From: Syncephalis fuscata S228
Taxonomy: Eukaryota; Fungi; Zoopagomycota
NCBI GenBank assembly: GCA_025786725.1
Contig: JAHLTZ010000045.1
Location: 62,001-126,000 of the forward strand
Length of the DNA: 64,000 nucleotides
Reading direction: 5' to 3'
Shown: piece after piece, positions 12,601-27,600 of the stretch
Position numbering within the stretch: the first letter of the stretch is position 1
How the letters are laid out: each line of letters starts with the position of its first letter
Notes under the pieces: model-generated
Told to the model about the DNA's origin: nothing
What the model saw: the letters and a program-made list of their open reading frames with translations, nothing else
Database searches by the model: none
Program-made: the position numbers and the translations under genes

Positions 12601-15600
12601 ACTTCGACTTCATCGGTCACCGTCTTGTTCTCTTCAACGTTCCAGTGCGTGAATTTACGACGTACAAATCGACGGCCATTGCGCTCGACAACGGCTTCGG
12701 CCTCGGCCTCGGCGGTGATGTTGGCTGCTTCTTTGACTTCTTCAGCGTCAACTTCGACCTCGACTTGGACCTCTTCGTTCTTTTCAGCATCCCAGCGCGT
12801 AAACAAGCGACGAACAAATAGACGGCCTTGACGGACTGCAACTCCTGCTGCTGCTGTGGCAACGACTGCTGTGGCTGCTGTGGCTGCAACTGCTGTCGTC
12901 AATATCGAGCCAGACTCAGCCTCGACCTTCACCACTTCGTCGGTGACTTGCTGCACATCGTCCACAGCTACTTCAACTTCTTCAGTCACGGCCTTGTCTT
13001 CTTCAACACTCCAGCGTGTAAAGTAGCGACGCACAAAACGACGGCCATTGCGCTCAACAATCGTCTCGGACTCGGCATCAACGCTGGCTGCTTCTTTGAC
13101 TTCATCGGCAGCTAGCTCGACCTCGTACTGGACTTCCTTGTTCTCTGCAGTATTCCACCATGTGAATACGCGACGAACAAACACGCGGCCTTGTCGGACA
13201 ACTACGCCAGATGTTGCAAGTGCCGATGTCGTCTCCGACTCGACCTTAATGACCTCGCCGTGCACTTGCTGCACCTCATCGGCAGCTACCTCTACATCTT
13301 CGCTAACCGTTGTGTTCTGTTCGGTGCACCAACGGCTGATGGTGCGGCGTACGAAGCGGCGGCCATTGCGAACAACAATTGCCTCAGAGCTGGCTTCAAC
13401 ACTTGCGGCTTCTTTAACGTCTTCAACCGCGACTTCAGCTTCACGCTGGACTTCTCGGTTTCTTCAACGCTCCACCAAGTGAACACACGACGTACAAACA
13501 AGCGGCCATTGCGTACAACTACGCCAGATGTAGCAACAGTGTCGGCTGCTACCACAGTGGCAAGCGTAGAGCCAGACTCGGCTTCTACTTTGACTATTTC
13601 GTCGTTAACTTGCTGGACATCATCCACGGCAATCTCGACCTCATCAGTGACCGTCTTGTTCTCTTCAGCACTCCAGCGTGTAAATTGGCGGCGTACAAAG
13701 CGACGACCATTGCGCTCAACAATCGATTCAGAGTCGACATCAATACTGGCTGCTTCTTTGACTTCATCGGCAGCCAACTCGACTTCAACCTGGACCTCTT
13801 CGTTCTTTTCAGCGTCCCAACGCGTAAATAGACGACGAATAAACACACGACCATCACGAACGGCTGAGCTGGCAACAATGGCGACGGCTCCGGTAGCTGC
13901 TGCAACACCAACAACGGCAGCTGTCGTGGCTGCAGCGGCACTTGTAGTGATTGCTGTCACAAGTCCACTGCCGGCTTCCGACTCGACCTTGGTGACCTCG
14001 ACTGTAGCTTCTTGCACTTCATCCACGGCAAGTTCGACTTCTTCGGTCACCGTCTTGTTTTCTTCGATGCTCCAGTACGTAAATACACGACGCACGAAGC
14101 GGCGGCCATTGCGCTCAACAACCAATTCAGATGTCGACTCGACAGTAGCTGCTTCTTTAATGTCTTCTACCGCAACTTCGACTTCTTGCTGCACTTCCTT
14201 GTTCTCTTCAACACTCCAGCGAGTAAACAAACGACGAACAAATAGACGGCCTTGACGGACTGCAACTCCAGCTGAAGCTGCTGTGGCAACTGCGGCTTCG
14301 GTCAATATGCTGCCAGACTCGGCCTCTACCTTAACCACTTCTTCACTGGCCTGTTGCACCTCATCAACGGCAACTTCGACTTCATCGGTCACCGTCTTGT
14401 TCTCTTCAACATTCCAGTGCGTGAATTTACGACGTACAAATCGACGGCCATTGCGCTCGACAACGGCTTCGGCCTCGGCCTCGGCGGTGATGTTGGCTGC
14501 TTCTTTGACTTCTTCAGCGTCAACTTCGACCTCGACTTGGACCTCTTCGTTCTTTTCAGCATCCCAGCGCGTAAACAAGCGGCGAACAAATAGACGGCCT
14601 TGACGGACTGCAACTCCTGCTGCTGCTGTGGCAACGACTGCTGTGGCTGCTGTGGCTGCAACTGCTGTCGTCAATATCGAGCCAGACTCAGCCTCGACCT
14701 TCACCACTTCGTCGGTGACTTGCTGCACATCGTCCACAGCTACTTCAACTTCTTCAGTCACGGCCTTGTCTTCTTCAGCACTCCAGCGTGTAAAGTAGCG
14801 ACGCACGAAGCGACGGCCATTGCGCTCAACAATCGTCTCGGACTCGGCATCAACGCTGGCTGCTTCTTTGACTTCATCGGCAGCTAGCTCGACCTCGTAC
14901 TGGACTTCCTTGTTCTCTGCAGTATTCCACCATGTGAATACGCGACGAACAAACACGCGGCCTTGTCGGACAACTACGCCAGATGTTGCAAGTGCCGATG
15001 TCGTCTCCGACTCGACCTTAATGACCTCGCCGTGCACTTGCTGCACCTCATCGGCAGCTACCTCTACATCTTCGCTAACCGTTGTGTTCTGTTCGGTGCA
15101 CCAACGGCTGATGGTGCGGCGTACGAAGCGGCGGCCATTGCGAACAACAATTGCCTCAGAGCTGGCTTCAACACTTGCGGCTTCTTTAACGTCTTCAACC
15201 GCGACTTCAGCTTCACGCTGGACTTCTCGGTTCTCTTCAACGCTCCACCAAGTGAACACACGACGTACAAACAAGCGGCCATTGCGTACAACTACGCCAG
15301 ATGTAGCAACAGTGTCGGCTGCTACCACAGTGGCAAGCGTAGAGCCAGACTCGGCTTCTACTTTGACTACTTCGTCGCTAACTTGCTGGACATCATCCAC
15401 GGCAATCTCGACCTCGTCAGTGACCGTCTTGTTCTCTTCAGCACTCCAGCGTGTAAATTGGCGGCGTACAAAGCGACGACCATTGCGCTCAACAATCGAT
15501 TCAGAGTCGACATCAATACTGGCTGCTTCTTTGACTTCATCGGCAGCCAACTCGACTTCAACCTGGACCTCTTCGTTCTTTTCAGCGTCCCAACGCGTAA

Positions 15601-18600
15601 ATAGACGACGAATAAACACACGACCATCACGAACGGCTGAGCTGGCAACAATGGCGACGGCTCCGGTAGCTGCTGCAACACCAACAACGGCAGCTGTCGT
15701 GGCTGCAGCGGCACTTGTAGTGATTGCTGTCACAAGTCCACTGCCGGCTTCCGACTCGACCTTGGTGACCTCGACTGTAGCTTCTTGCACTTCATCCACG
15801 GCAAGTTCGACTTCTTCGGTCACCGTCTTGTTTTCTTCGATGCTCCAGTACGTAAATACACGACGCACGAAGCGGCGGCCATTGCGCTCAACAACCAATT
15901 CAGATGTCGACTCGACAGTAGCTGCTTCTTTAATGTCTTCTACCGCAACTTCGACTTCTTGCTGCACTTCCTTGTTCTCTTCAACACTCCAGCGAGTAAA
16001 CAAACGACGAACAAATAGACGGCCTTGACGGACTGCAACTCCAGCTGAAGCTGCTGTGGCAACTGCGGCTTCGGTCAATATGCTGCCAGACTCGGCCTCT
16101 ACCTTAACCACTTCTTCACTGGCCTGTTGCACCTCATCAACGGCAACTTCGACTTCATCGGTCACCGTCTTGTTCTCTTCAACATTCCAGTGCGTGAATT
16201 TACGACGTACAAATCGACGGCCATTGCGCTCGACAACGGCTTCGGCCTCGGCCTCGGCGGTGATGTTGGCTGCTTCTTTGACTTCTTCAGCGTCAACTTC
16301 GACCTCGACTTGGACCTCTTCGTTCTTTTCAGCATCCCAGCGCGTAAACAAGCGACGAACAAATAGACGGCCTTGACGGACTGCAACTCCTGCTGCTGCT
16401 GTGGCAACGACTGCTGTGGCTGCTGTGGCTGCAACTGCTGTCGTCAATATCGAGCCAGACTCAGCCTCGACCTTCACCACTTCGTCGGTGACTTGCTGCA
16501 CATCGTCCACAGCTACTTCAACTTCTTCAGTCACGGCCTTGTCTTCTTCAACACTCCAGCGTGTAAAGTAGCGACGCACAAAACGACGGCCATTGCGCTC
16601 AACAATCGTCTCGGACTCGGCATCAACGCTGGCTGCTTCTTTGACTTCATCGGCAGCTAGCTCGACCTCGTACTGGACTTCCTTGTTCTCTGCAGTATTC
16701 CACCATGTGAATACGCGACGAACAAACACGCGGCCTTGTCGGACAACTACGCCAGATGTTGCAAGTGCCGATGTCGTCTCCGACTCGACCTTAATGACCT
16801 CGCCGTGCACTTGCTGCACCTCATCGGCAGCTACCTCTACATCTTCGCTAACCGTTGTGTTCTGTTCGGTGCACCAACGGCTGATGGTGCGGCGTACGAA
16901 GCGGCGGCCATTGCGAACAACAATTGCCTCAGAGCTGGCTTCAACACTTGCGGCTTCTTTAACGTCTTCAACCGCGACTTCAGCTTCACGCTGGACTTCT
17001 CGGTTCTCTTCAACGCTCCACCAAGTGAACACACGACGTACAAACAAGCGGCCATTGCGTACAACTACGCCAGATGTAGCAACAGTGTCGGCTGCTACCA
17101 CAGTGGCAAGCGTAGAGCCAGACTCGGCTTCTACTTTGACTACTTCGTCGCTAACTTGCTGGACATCATCCACGGCAATCTCGACCTCGTCAGTGACCGT
17201 CTTGTTCTCTTCAGCACTCCAGCGTGTAAATTGGCGGCGTACAAAGCGACGACCATTGCGCTCAACAATCGATTCAGAGTCGACATCAATACTGGCTGCT
17301 TCTTTGACTTCATCGGCAGCCAACTCGACTTCAACCTGGACCTCTTCGTTCTTTTCAGCGTCCCAACGCGTAAATAGACGACGAATAAACACACGACCAT
17401 CACGAACGGCTGAGCTGGCAACAATGGCGACGGCTCCGGTAGCTGCTGCAACACCAACAACGGCAGCTGTCGTGGCTGCAGCGGCACTTGTAGTGATTGC
17501 TGTCACAAGTCCACTGCCGGCTTCCGACTCGACCTTGGTGACCTCGACTGTAGCTTCTTGCACTTCATCCACGGCAAGTTCGACTTCTTCGGTCACCGTC
17601 TTGTTTTCTTCGATGCTCCAGTACGTAAATACACGACGCACGAAGCGGCGGCCATTGCGCTCAACAACCAATTCAGATGTCGACTCGACAGTAGCTGCTT
17701 CTTTAATGTCTTCTACCGCAACTTCGACTTCTTGCTGCACTTCCTTGTTCTCTTCAACACTCCAGCGAGTAAACAAACGACGAACAAATAGACGGCCTTG
17801 ACGGACTGCAACTCCAGCTGAAGCTGCTGTGGCAACTGCGGCTTCGGTCAATATGCTGCCAGACTCGGCCTCTACCTTAACCACTTCTTCACTGGCCTGT
17901 TGCACCTCATCAACGGCAACTTCGACTTCATCGGTCACCGTCTTGTTCTCTTCAACATTCCAGTGCGTGAATTTACGACGTACAAATCGACGGCCATTGC
18001 GCTCGACAACGGCTTCGGCCTCGGCGGTGATGTTGGCTGCTTCTTTGACTTCTTCAGCGTCAACTTCGACCTCGACTTGGACCTCTTCGTTCTTTTCAGC
18101 ATCCCAGCGCGTAAACAAGCGACGAACAAATAGACGGCCTTGACGGACTGCAACTCCTGCTGCTGCTGTGGCAACGACTGCTGTGGCTGCTGTGGCTGCA
18201 ACTGCTGTCGTCAATATCGAGCCAGACTCAGCCTCGACCTTCACCACTTCGTCGGTGACTTGCTGCACATCGTCCACAGCTACTTCAACTTCTTCAGTCA
18301 CGGCCTTGTCTTCTTCAACACTCCAGCGTGTAAAGTAGCGACGCACGAAGCGACGGCCATTGCGCTCAACAATCGTCTCGGACTCGGCATCAACGCTGGC
18401 TACTTCTTTGACTTCATCGGCAGCTAGCTCGACCTCGTACTGGACTTCCTTGTTCTCTGCAGTATTCCACCATGTGAATACGCGACGAACAAACACGCGG
18501 CCTTGTCGGACAACTACGCCAGATGTTGCAAGTGCCGATGTCGTCTCCGACTCGACCTTAATGACCTCGCCGTGCACTTGCTGCACCTCATCGGCAGCTA

Positions 18601-21600
18601 CCTCTACATCTTCGCTAACCGTTGTGTTCTGTTCGGTGCACCAACGGCTGATGGTGCGGCGTACGAAGCGGCGGCCATTGCGAACAACAATTGCCTCAGA
18701 GCTGGCTTCAACACTTGCGGCTTCTTTAACGTCTTCAACCGCGACTTCAGCTTCACGCTGGACTTCTCGGTTTTCTTCAACGCTCCACCAAGTGAACACA
18801 CGACGTACAAACAAGCGGCCATTGCGTACAACTACGCCAGATGTAGCAACAGTGTCGGCTGCTACCACAGTGGCAAGCGTAGAGCCAGACTCGGCTTCTA
18901 CTTTGACTACTTCGTCGCTAACTTGCTGGACATCATCCACGGCAATCTCGACCTCATCAGTGACCGTCTTGTTCTCTTCAGCACTCCAGCGTGTAAATTG
19001 GCGGCGTACAAAGCGACGACCATTGCGCTCAACAATCGATTCAGAGTCGACATCAATACTGGCTGCTTCTTTGACTTCATCGGCAGCCAACTCGACTTCA
19101 ACCTGGACCTCTTCGTTCTTTTCAGCGTCCCAACGCGTAAATAGACGACGAATAAACACACGACCATCACGAACGGCTGAGCTGGCAACAATGGCGACGG
19201 CTCCGGTAGCTGCTGCAACATCAACAACGGCAGCTGTCGTGGCTGCAGCGGCACTTGTAGTGATTGCTGTCACAAGTCCACTGCCGGCTTCCGACTCGAC
19301 CTTGGTGACCTCGACTGTAGCTTCTTGCACTTCATCCACGGCAAGTTCGACTTCTTCGGTCACCGTTTGTTTTCTTCGATGCTCCAGTACGTAAATACAC
19401 GACGCACGAAGCGGCGGCCATTGCGCTCAACAACCAATTCAGATGTCGACTCGACAGTAGCTGCTTCTTTAATGTCTTCTACCGCAACTTCGACTTCTTG
19501 CTGCACTTCCTTGTTCTCTTCAACACTCCAGCGAGTAAACAAACGACGAACAAATAGACGGCCTTGACGGACTGCAACTCCAGCTGAAGCTGCTGTGGCA
19601 ACTGCGGCTTCGGTCAATATGCTGCCAGACTCGGCCTCTACCTTAACCACTTCTTCACTGGCCTGTTGCACCTCATCAACGGCAACTTCGACTTCATCGG
19701 TCACCGTCTTGTTCTCTTCAACGTTCCAGTGCGTGAATTTACGACGTACAAATCGACGGCCATTGCGCTCGACAACGGCTTCGGCCTCGGCCTCGGCGGT
19801 GATGTTGGCTGCTTCTTTGACTTCTTCAGCGTCAACTTCGACCTCGACTTGGACCTCTTCGTTCTTTTCAGCATCCCAGCGCGTAAACAAGCGGACGAAC
19901 AAATAGACGGCCTTGACGGACTGCAACTCCTGCTGCTGCTGTGGCAACGACTGCTGTGGCTGCTGTGGCTGCAACTGCTGTCGTCAATATCGAGCCAGAC
20001 TCAGCCTCGACCTTCACCACTTCGTCGGTGACTTGCTGCACATCGTCCACAGCTACTTCAACTTCTTCAGTCACGGCCTTGTCTTCTTCAACACTCCAGC
20101 GTGTAAAGTAGCGACGCACAAAACGACGGCCATTGCGCTCAACAATCGTCTCGGACTCGGCATCAACGCTGGCTGCTTCTTTGACTTCATCGGCAGCTAG
20201 CTCGACCTCGTACTGGACTTCCTTGTTCTCTGCAGTATTCCACCATGTGAATACGCGACGAACAAACACGCGGCCTTGTCGGACAACTACGCCAGATGTT
20301 GCAAGTGCCGATGTCGTCTCCGACTCGACCTTAATGACCTCGCCGTGCACTTGCTGCACCTCATCGGCAGCTACCTCTACATCTTCGCTAACCGTTGTGT
20401 TCTGTTCGGTGCACCAACGGCTGATGGTGCGGCGTACGAAGCGGCGGCCATTGCGAACAACAATTGCCTCAGAGCTGGCTTCAACACTTGCGGCTTCTTT
20501 AACGTCTTCAACCGCGACTTCAGCTTCACGCTGGACTTCTCGGTTCTCTTCAACGCTCCACCAAGTGAACACACGACGTACAAACAAGCGGCCATTGCGT
20601 ACAACTACGCCAGATGTAGCAACAGTGTCGGCTGCTACCACAGTGGCAAGCGTAGAGCCAGACTCGGCTTCTACTTTGACTACTTCGTCGCTAACTTGCT
20701 GGACATCATCCACGGCAATCTCGACCTCGTCAGTGACCGTCTTGTTCTCTTCAGCACTCCAGCGTGTAAATTGGCGGCGTACAAAGCGACGACCATTGCG
20801 CTCAACAATCGATTCAGAGTCGACATCAATACTGGCTGCTTCTTTGACTTCATCGGCAGCCAACTCGACTTCAACCTGGACCTCTTCGTTCTTTTCAGCG
20901 TCCCAACGCGTAAATAGACGACGAATAAACACACGACCATCACGAACGGCTGAGCTGGCAACAATGGCGACGGCTCCGGTAGCTGCTGCAACACCAACAA
21001 CGGCAGCTGTCGTGGCTGCAGCGGCACTTGTAGTGATTGCTGTCACAAGTCCACTGCCGGCTTCCGACTCGACCTTGGTGACCTCGACTGTAGCTTCTTG
21101 CACTTCATCCACGGCAAGTTCGACTTCTTCGGTCACCGTCTTGTTTTCTTCGATGCTCCAGTACGTAAATACACGACGCACGAAGCGGCGGCCATTGCGC
21201 TCAACAACCAATTCAGATGTCGACTCGACAGTAGCTGCTTCTTTAATGTCTTCTACCGCAACTTCGACTTCTTGCTGCACTTCCTTGTTCTCTTCAACAC
21301 TCCAGCGAGTAAACAAACGACGAACAAATAGACGGCCTTGACGGACTGCAACTCCAGCTGAAGCTGCTGTGGCAACTGCGGCTTCGGTCAATATGCTGCC
21401 AGACTCGGCCTCTACCTTAACCACTTCTTCGCTGGCCTGTTGCACCTCATCGACGGCAACTTCGACTTCATCGGTCACCGTCTTGTTCTCTTCAACATTC
21501 CAGTGCGTGAATTTACGACGTACAAATCGACGGCCATTGCGCTCGACAACGGCTTCGGCCTCGGCCTCGGCGGTGATGTTGGCTGCTTCTTTGACTTCTT

Positions 21601-24600
21601 CAGCGTCAACTTCGACCTCGACTTGGACCTCTTCGTTCTTTTCAGCATCCCAGCGCGTAAACAAGCGGCGAACAAATAGGCGCCTTGACGGACTGCAACT
21701 CCTGCTGCTGCTGTGGCAACGACTGCTGTGGCTGCTGTGGCTGCAACTGCTGTCGTCAATATCGAGCCAGACTCAGCCTCGACCTTCACCACTTCGTCGG
21801 TGACTTGCTGCACATCGTCCACAGCTACTTCAACTTCTTCAGTCACGGCCTTGTCTTCTTCAACACTCCAGCGTGTAAAGTAGCGACGCACGAAGCGACG
21901 GCCATTGCGCTCAACAATCGTCTCGGACTCGCATCACACTGGCTGCTTCTTTGACTTCATCGGCAGCTAGCTCGACCTCGTACTGGACTTCCTTGTTCTC
22001 TGCAGTATTCCACCATGTGAATACGCGACGAACAAACACGCGGCCCTGTCGGACAACTACGCCAGATGTTGCAAGTGCCGATGTCGTCTCCGACTCGACC
22101 TTAATGACCTCGCCGTGCACTTGCTGCACCTCATCGGCAGCTACCTCTACATCTTCGCTAACCATTGCGTTCTGTTCGGTGCACCAACGGCTGATGGTGC
22201 GGCGTACGAAGCGGCGGCCATTGCGAACGACAATTGCCTCAGAGCTGGCTTCAACGCTTGCGGCTTCTTTAACGTCTTCAACCGCGACTTCAGCTTCACG
22301 CTGGACTTCTCGGTTCTCTTCAACGCTCCACCAAGTGAACACACGACGTACAAACAAGCGGCCATTGCGTACAACTACGCCAGATGTAGCAACAGTGTCG
22401 GCTGCTACCACTGTGGCAAGCGTAGAGCCAGACTCGGCTTCTACTTTGACTACTTCGTCGCTAACTTGCTGGACATCATCCACGGCAATCTCGACCTCGT
22501 CAGTGACCGTCTTGTTCTCTTCAGCACTCCAGCGTGTAAATTGGCGGCGTACAAAGCGACGACCATTGCGCTCAACAATCGATTCAGAGTCGACATCAAT
22601 ACTGGCTGCTTCTTTGACTTCATCGGCAGCCAACTCGACTTCAACCTGGACCTCTTCGTTCTTTTCAGCGTCCCAACGCGTGAATAGACGACGAATAAAC
22701 ACACGACCATCACGAACGGCTGAGCTGGCAACAATGGCGACGGCTCCGGTAGCTGCTGCAACACCAACAACGGCAGCTGTCGTGGCTGCAGCGGCACTTG
22801 TAGTGATTGCTGTCACAAGTCCACTGCCGGCTTCCGACTCGACCTTGGTGACCTCGACTGTAGCTTCTTGCACTTCATCCACGGCAAGTTCGACTTCTTC
22901 GGTCACCGTTTTGTTTTCTTCGATGCTCCAGTACGTAAATACACGACGCACAAAGCGGCGGCCATTGCGCTCAACAACCGATTCAGATGTCGACTCGACA
23001 GTAGCTGCTTCTTTAATGTCTTCTACCGCAACTTCGACTTCTTGCTGCACTTCCTTGTTCTCTTCAACACTCCAGCGAGTAAACAAACGACGAACAAATA
23101 GACGGCCTTGACGGACTGCAACTCCAGCTGAAGCTGCTGTGGCAACTGCGGCTTCGGTCAATATGCTGCCAGACTCGGCCTCTACCTTAACCACTTCTTC
23201 GCTGGCCTGTTGCATCTCATCGACGGCAACTTCGACTTCATCGGTCACCGTCTTGTTCTCTTCAACGTTCCAGTGCGTGAATTTACGACGTACAAATCGA
23301 CGGCCATTGCGCTCGACAACGGCTTCGGCCTCGGCCTCGGCGGTGATGTTGGCTGCTTCTTTGACTTCTTCAGCGTCAACTTCGACCTCGACTTGGACCT
23401 CTTCGTTCTTTTCAGCATCCCAGCGCGTAAACAAGCGGCGAACAAATAGGCGGCCTTGACGGACTGCAACTCCTGCTGCTGCTGTGGCAACGACTGCTGT
23501 GGCTGCTGTGGCTGCAACTGCTGTCGTCAATATCGAGCCAGACTCAGCCTCGACCTTCACCACTTCGTCGGTGACTTGCTGCACATCGTCCACAGCTACT
23601 TCAACTTCTTCAGTCACGGCCTTGTCTTCTTCAACACTCCAGCGTGTAAAGTAGCGACGCACGAAGCGACGGCCATTGCGCTCAACAATCGTCTCGGACT
23701 CTGCATCGACACTGGCTGCTTCTTTGACTTCATCGGCAGCTAGCTCGACCTCGTACTGGACTTCCTTGTTCTCTGCAGTATTCCACCATGTGAATACGCG
23801 ACGAACAAACACGCGGCCCTGTCGGACAACTACGCCAGATGTTGCAAGTGCCGATGTCGTCTCCGACTCGACCTTAATGACCTCGCCGTGCACTTGCTGC
23901 ACCTCATCGGCAGCTACCTCTACATCTTCGCTAACCATTGCGTTCTGTTCGGTGCACCAACGGCTGATGATGCGGCGTACGAAGCGGCGGCCATTGCGAA
24001 CGACAATTGCCTCAGAGCTGGCTTCAACGCTTGCGGCTTCTTTAACGTCTTCAACCGCGACTTCAGCTTCACGCTGGACTTCTCGGTTCTCTTCAACGCT
24101 CCACCAAGTGAACACACGACGTACAAACAAGCGGCCATTGCGTACAACTACGCCAGATGTAGCAACAGTGTCGGCTGCTACCACTGTGGCAAGCGTAGAG
24201 CCAGACTCGGCTTCTACTTTAACTACTTCGTCGCTAACTTGCTGGACATCATCCACGGCAATCTCGACCTCGTCAGTGACCGTCTTGTTCTCTTCAGCAC
24301 TCCAGCGTGTAAATTGGCGGCGTACAAAGCGACGACCATTGCGCTCAACAATCGATTCAGAGTCGACATCAATACTGGCTGCTTCTTTGACTTCATCGGC
24401 AGCCAACTCGACTTCAACCTGGACCTCTTCGTTCTTTTCAGCGTCCCAACGCGTGAATAGACGACGAATAAACACACGACCATCACGAACGGCTGAGCTG
24501 GCAACAATGGCGACGGCTCCGGTAGCTGCTGCAACACCAACAACGGCAGCTGTCGTGGCTGCAGCGGCACTTGTAGTGATTGCTGTCACAAGTCCACTGC

Positions 24601-27600
24601 CGGCTTCCGACTCGACCTTGGTGACCTCGACTGTAGCTTCTTGCACTTCATCCACGGCAAGTTCGACTTCTTCGGTCACCGTTTTGTTTTCTTCGATGCT
24701 CCAGTACGTAAATACACGACGCACAAAGCGGCGGCCATTGCGCTCAACAACCGATTCAGATGTCGACTCGACAGTAGCTGCTTCTTTAATGTCTTCTACC
24801 GCAACTTCGACTTCTTGCTGCACTTCCTTGTTCTCTTCAACACTCCAGCGAGTAAACAAACGACGAACAAATAGACGGCCTTGACGGACTGCAACTCCAG
24901 CTGAAGCTGCTGTGGCAACTGCGGCTTCGGTCAATATGCTGCCAGACTCGGCCTCTACCTTAACCACTTCTTCGCTGGCCTGTTGCATCTCATCGACGGC
25001 AACTTCGACTTCATCGGTCACCGTCTTGTTCTCTTCAACGTTCCAGTGCGTGAATTTACGACGTACAAATCGACGGCCATTGCGCTCGACAACGGCTTCG
25101 GCCTCGGCCTCGGCGGTGATGTTGGCTGCTTCTTTGACTTCTTCAGCGTCAACTTCGACCTCGACTTGGACCTCTTCGTTCTTTTCAGCATCCCAGCGCG
25201 TAAACAAGCGGCGAACAAATAGGCGGCCTTGACGGACTGCAACTCCTGCTGCTGCTGTGGCAACGACTGCTGTGGCTGCTGTGGCTGCAACTGCTGTCGT
25301 CAATATCGAGCCAGACTCAGCCTCGACCTTCACCACTTCGTCGGTGACTTGCTGCACATCGTCCACAGCTACTTCAACTTCTTCAGTCACGGCCTTGTCT
25401 TCTTCAACACTCCAGCGTGTAAAGTAGCGACGCACGAAGCGACGGCCATTGCGCTCAACAATCGTCTCGGACTCTGCATCGACACTGGCTGCTTCTTTGA
25501 CTTCATCGGCAGCTAGCTCGACCTCGTACTGGACTTCCTTGTTCTCTGCAGTATTCCACCATGTGAATACGCGACGAACAAACACGCGGCCCTGTCGGAC
25601 AACTACGCCAGATGTTGCAAGTGCCGATGTCGTCTCGACTCGACCTTAATGACCTCGCCGTGCACTTGCTGCACCTCATCGGCAGCTACCTCTACATCTT
25701 CGCTAACCATTGCGTTCTGTTCGGTGCACCAACGGCTGATGTGCGGCGTACGAAGCGGCGGCCATTGCGAACGACAATTGCCTCAGAGCTGGCTTCAACG
25801 CTTGCGGCTTCTTTAACGTCTTCAACCGCGACTTCAGCTTCACGCTGGACTTCTCGGTTCTCTTCAACGCTCCACCAAGTGAACACACGACGTACAAACA
25901 AGCGGCCATTGCGTACAACTACGCCAGATGTAGCAACAGTGTCGGCTGCTACCACTGTGGCAAGCGTAGAGCCAGACTCGGCTTCTACTTTAACTACTTC
26001 GTCGCTAACTTGCTGGACATCATCCACGGCAATCTCGACCTCGTCAGTGACCGTCTTGTTCTCTTCAGCACTCCAGCGTGTAAATTGGCGGCGTACAAAG
26101 CGACGACCATTGCGCTCAACAATCGATTCAGAGTCGACATCAATACTGGCTGCTTCTTTGACTTCATCGGCAGCCAACTCGACTTCAACCTGGACCTCTT
26201 CGTTCTTTTCAGCGTCCCAACGCGTGAATAGACGACGAATAAACACACGACCATCACGAACGGCTGAGCTGGCAACAATGGCGACGGCTCCGGTAGCTGC
26301 TGCAACACCAACAACGGCAGCTGTCGTGGCTGCAGCGGCACTTGTAGTGATTGCTGTCACAAGTCCACTGCCGGCTTCCGACTCGACCTTGGTGACCTCG
26401 ACTGTAGCTTCTTGCACTTCATCCACGGCAAGTTCGACTTCTTCGGTCACCGTCTTGTTTTCTTCGATGCTCCAGTACGTAAATACACGACGCACAAAGC
26501 GGCGGCCATTGCGCTCAACAACCGATTCAGATGTCGACTCGACAGTAGCTGCTTCTTTAATGTCTTCTACCGCAACTTCGACTTCTTGCTGCACTTCCTT
26601 GTTCTCTTCAACACTCCAGCGAGTAAACAAACGACGAACAAATAGACGGCCTTGACGGACTGCAACTCCAGCTGAAGCTGCTGTGGCAACTGCGGCTTCG
26701 GTCAATATGCTGCCAGACTCGGCCTCTACCTTAACCACTTCTTCGCTGGCCTGTTGCATCTCATCGACGGCAACTTCGACTTCATCGGTCACCGTCTTGT
26801 TCTCTTCAACGTTCCAGTGCGTGAATTTACGACGTACAAATCGACGGCCATTGCGCTCGACAACGGCTTCGGCCTCGGCCTTGGCGGTGATGTTGGCTGC
26901 TTCTTTGACTTCTTCAGCGTCAACTTCGACCTCGACTTGGACCTCTTCGTTCTTTTCAGCATCCCAGCGCGTAAACAAGCGGCGAACAAATAGGCGGCCT
27001 TGACGGACTGCAACTCCTGCTGCTGCTGTGGCAACGACTGCTGTGGCTGCTGTGGCTGCAACTGCTGTCGTCAATATCGAGCCAGACTCAGCCTCGACCT
27101 TCACCACTTCGTCGGTGACTTGCTGCACATCGTCCACAGCTACTTCAACTTCTTCAGTCACGGCCTTGTCTTCTTCAACACTCCAGCGTGTAAAGTAGCG
27201 ACGCACGAAGCGACGGCCATTGCGCTCAACAATCGTCTCGGACTCTGCATCGACACTGGCTGCTTCTTTGACTTCATCGGCAGCTAGCTCGACCTCGTAC
27301 TGGACTTCCTTGTTCTCTGCAGTATTCCACCATGTGAATACGCGACGAACAAACACGCGGCCCTGTCGGACAACTACGCCAGATGTTGCAAGTGCCGATG
27401 TCGTCTCCGACTCGACCTTAATGACCTCGCCGTGCACTTGCTGCACCTCATCGGCAGCTACCTCTACATCTTCGCTAACCATTGTGTTCTGTTCGGTGCA
27501 CCAACGGCTGATGGTGCGGCGTACGAAGCGGCGGCCATTGCGAACGACAATTGCCTCAGAGCTGGCTTCAACACTTGCGGCTTCTTTAACGTCTTCAACC

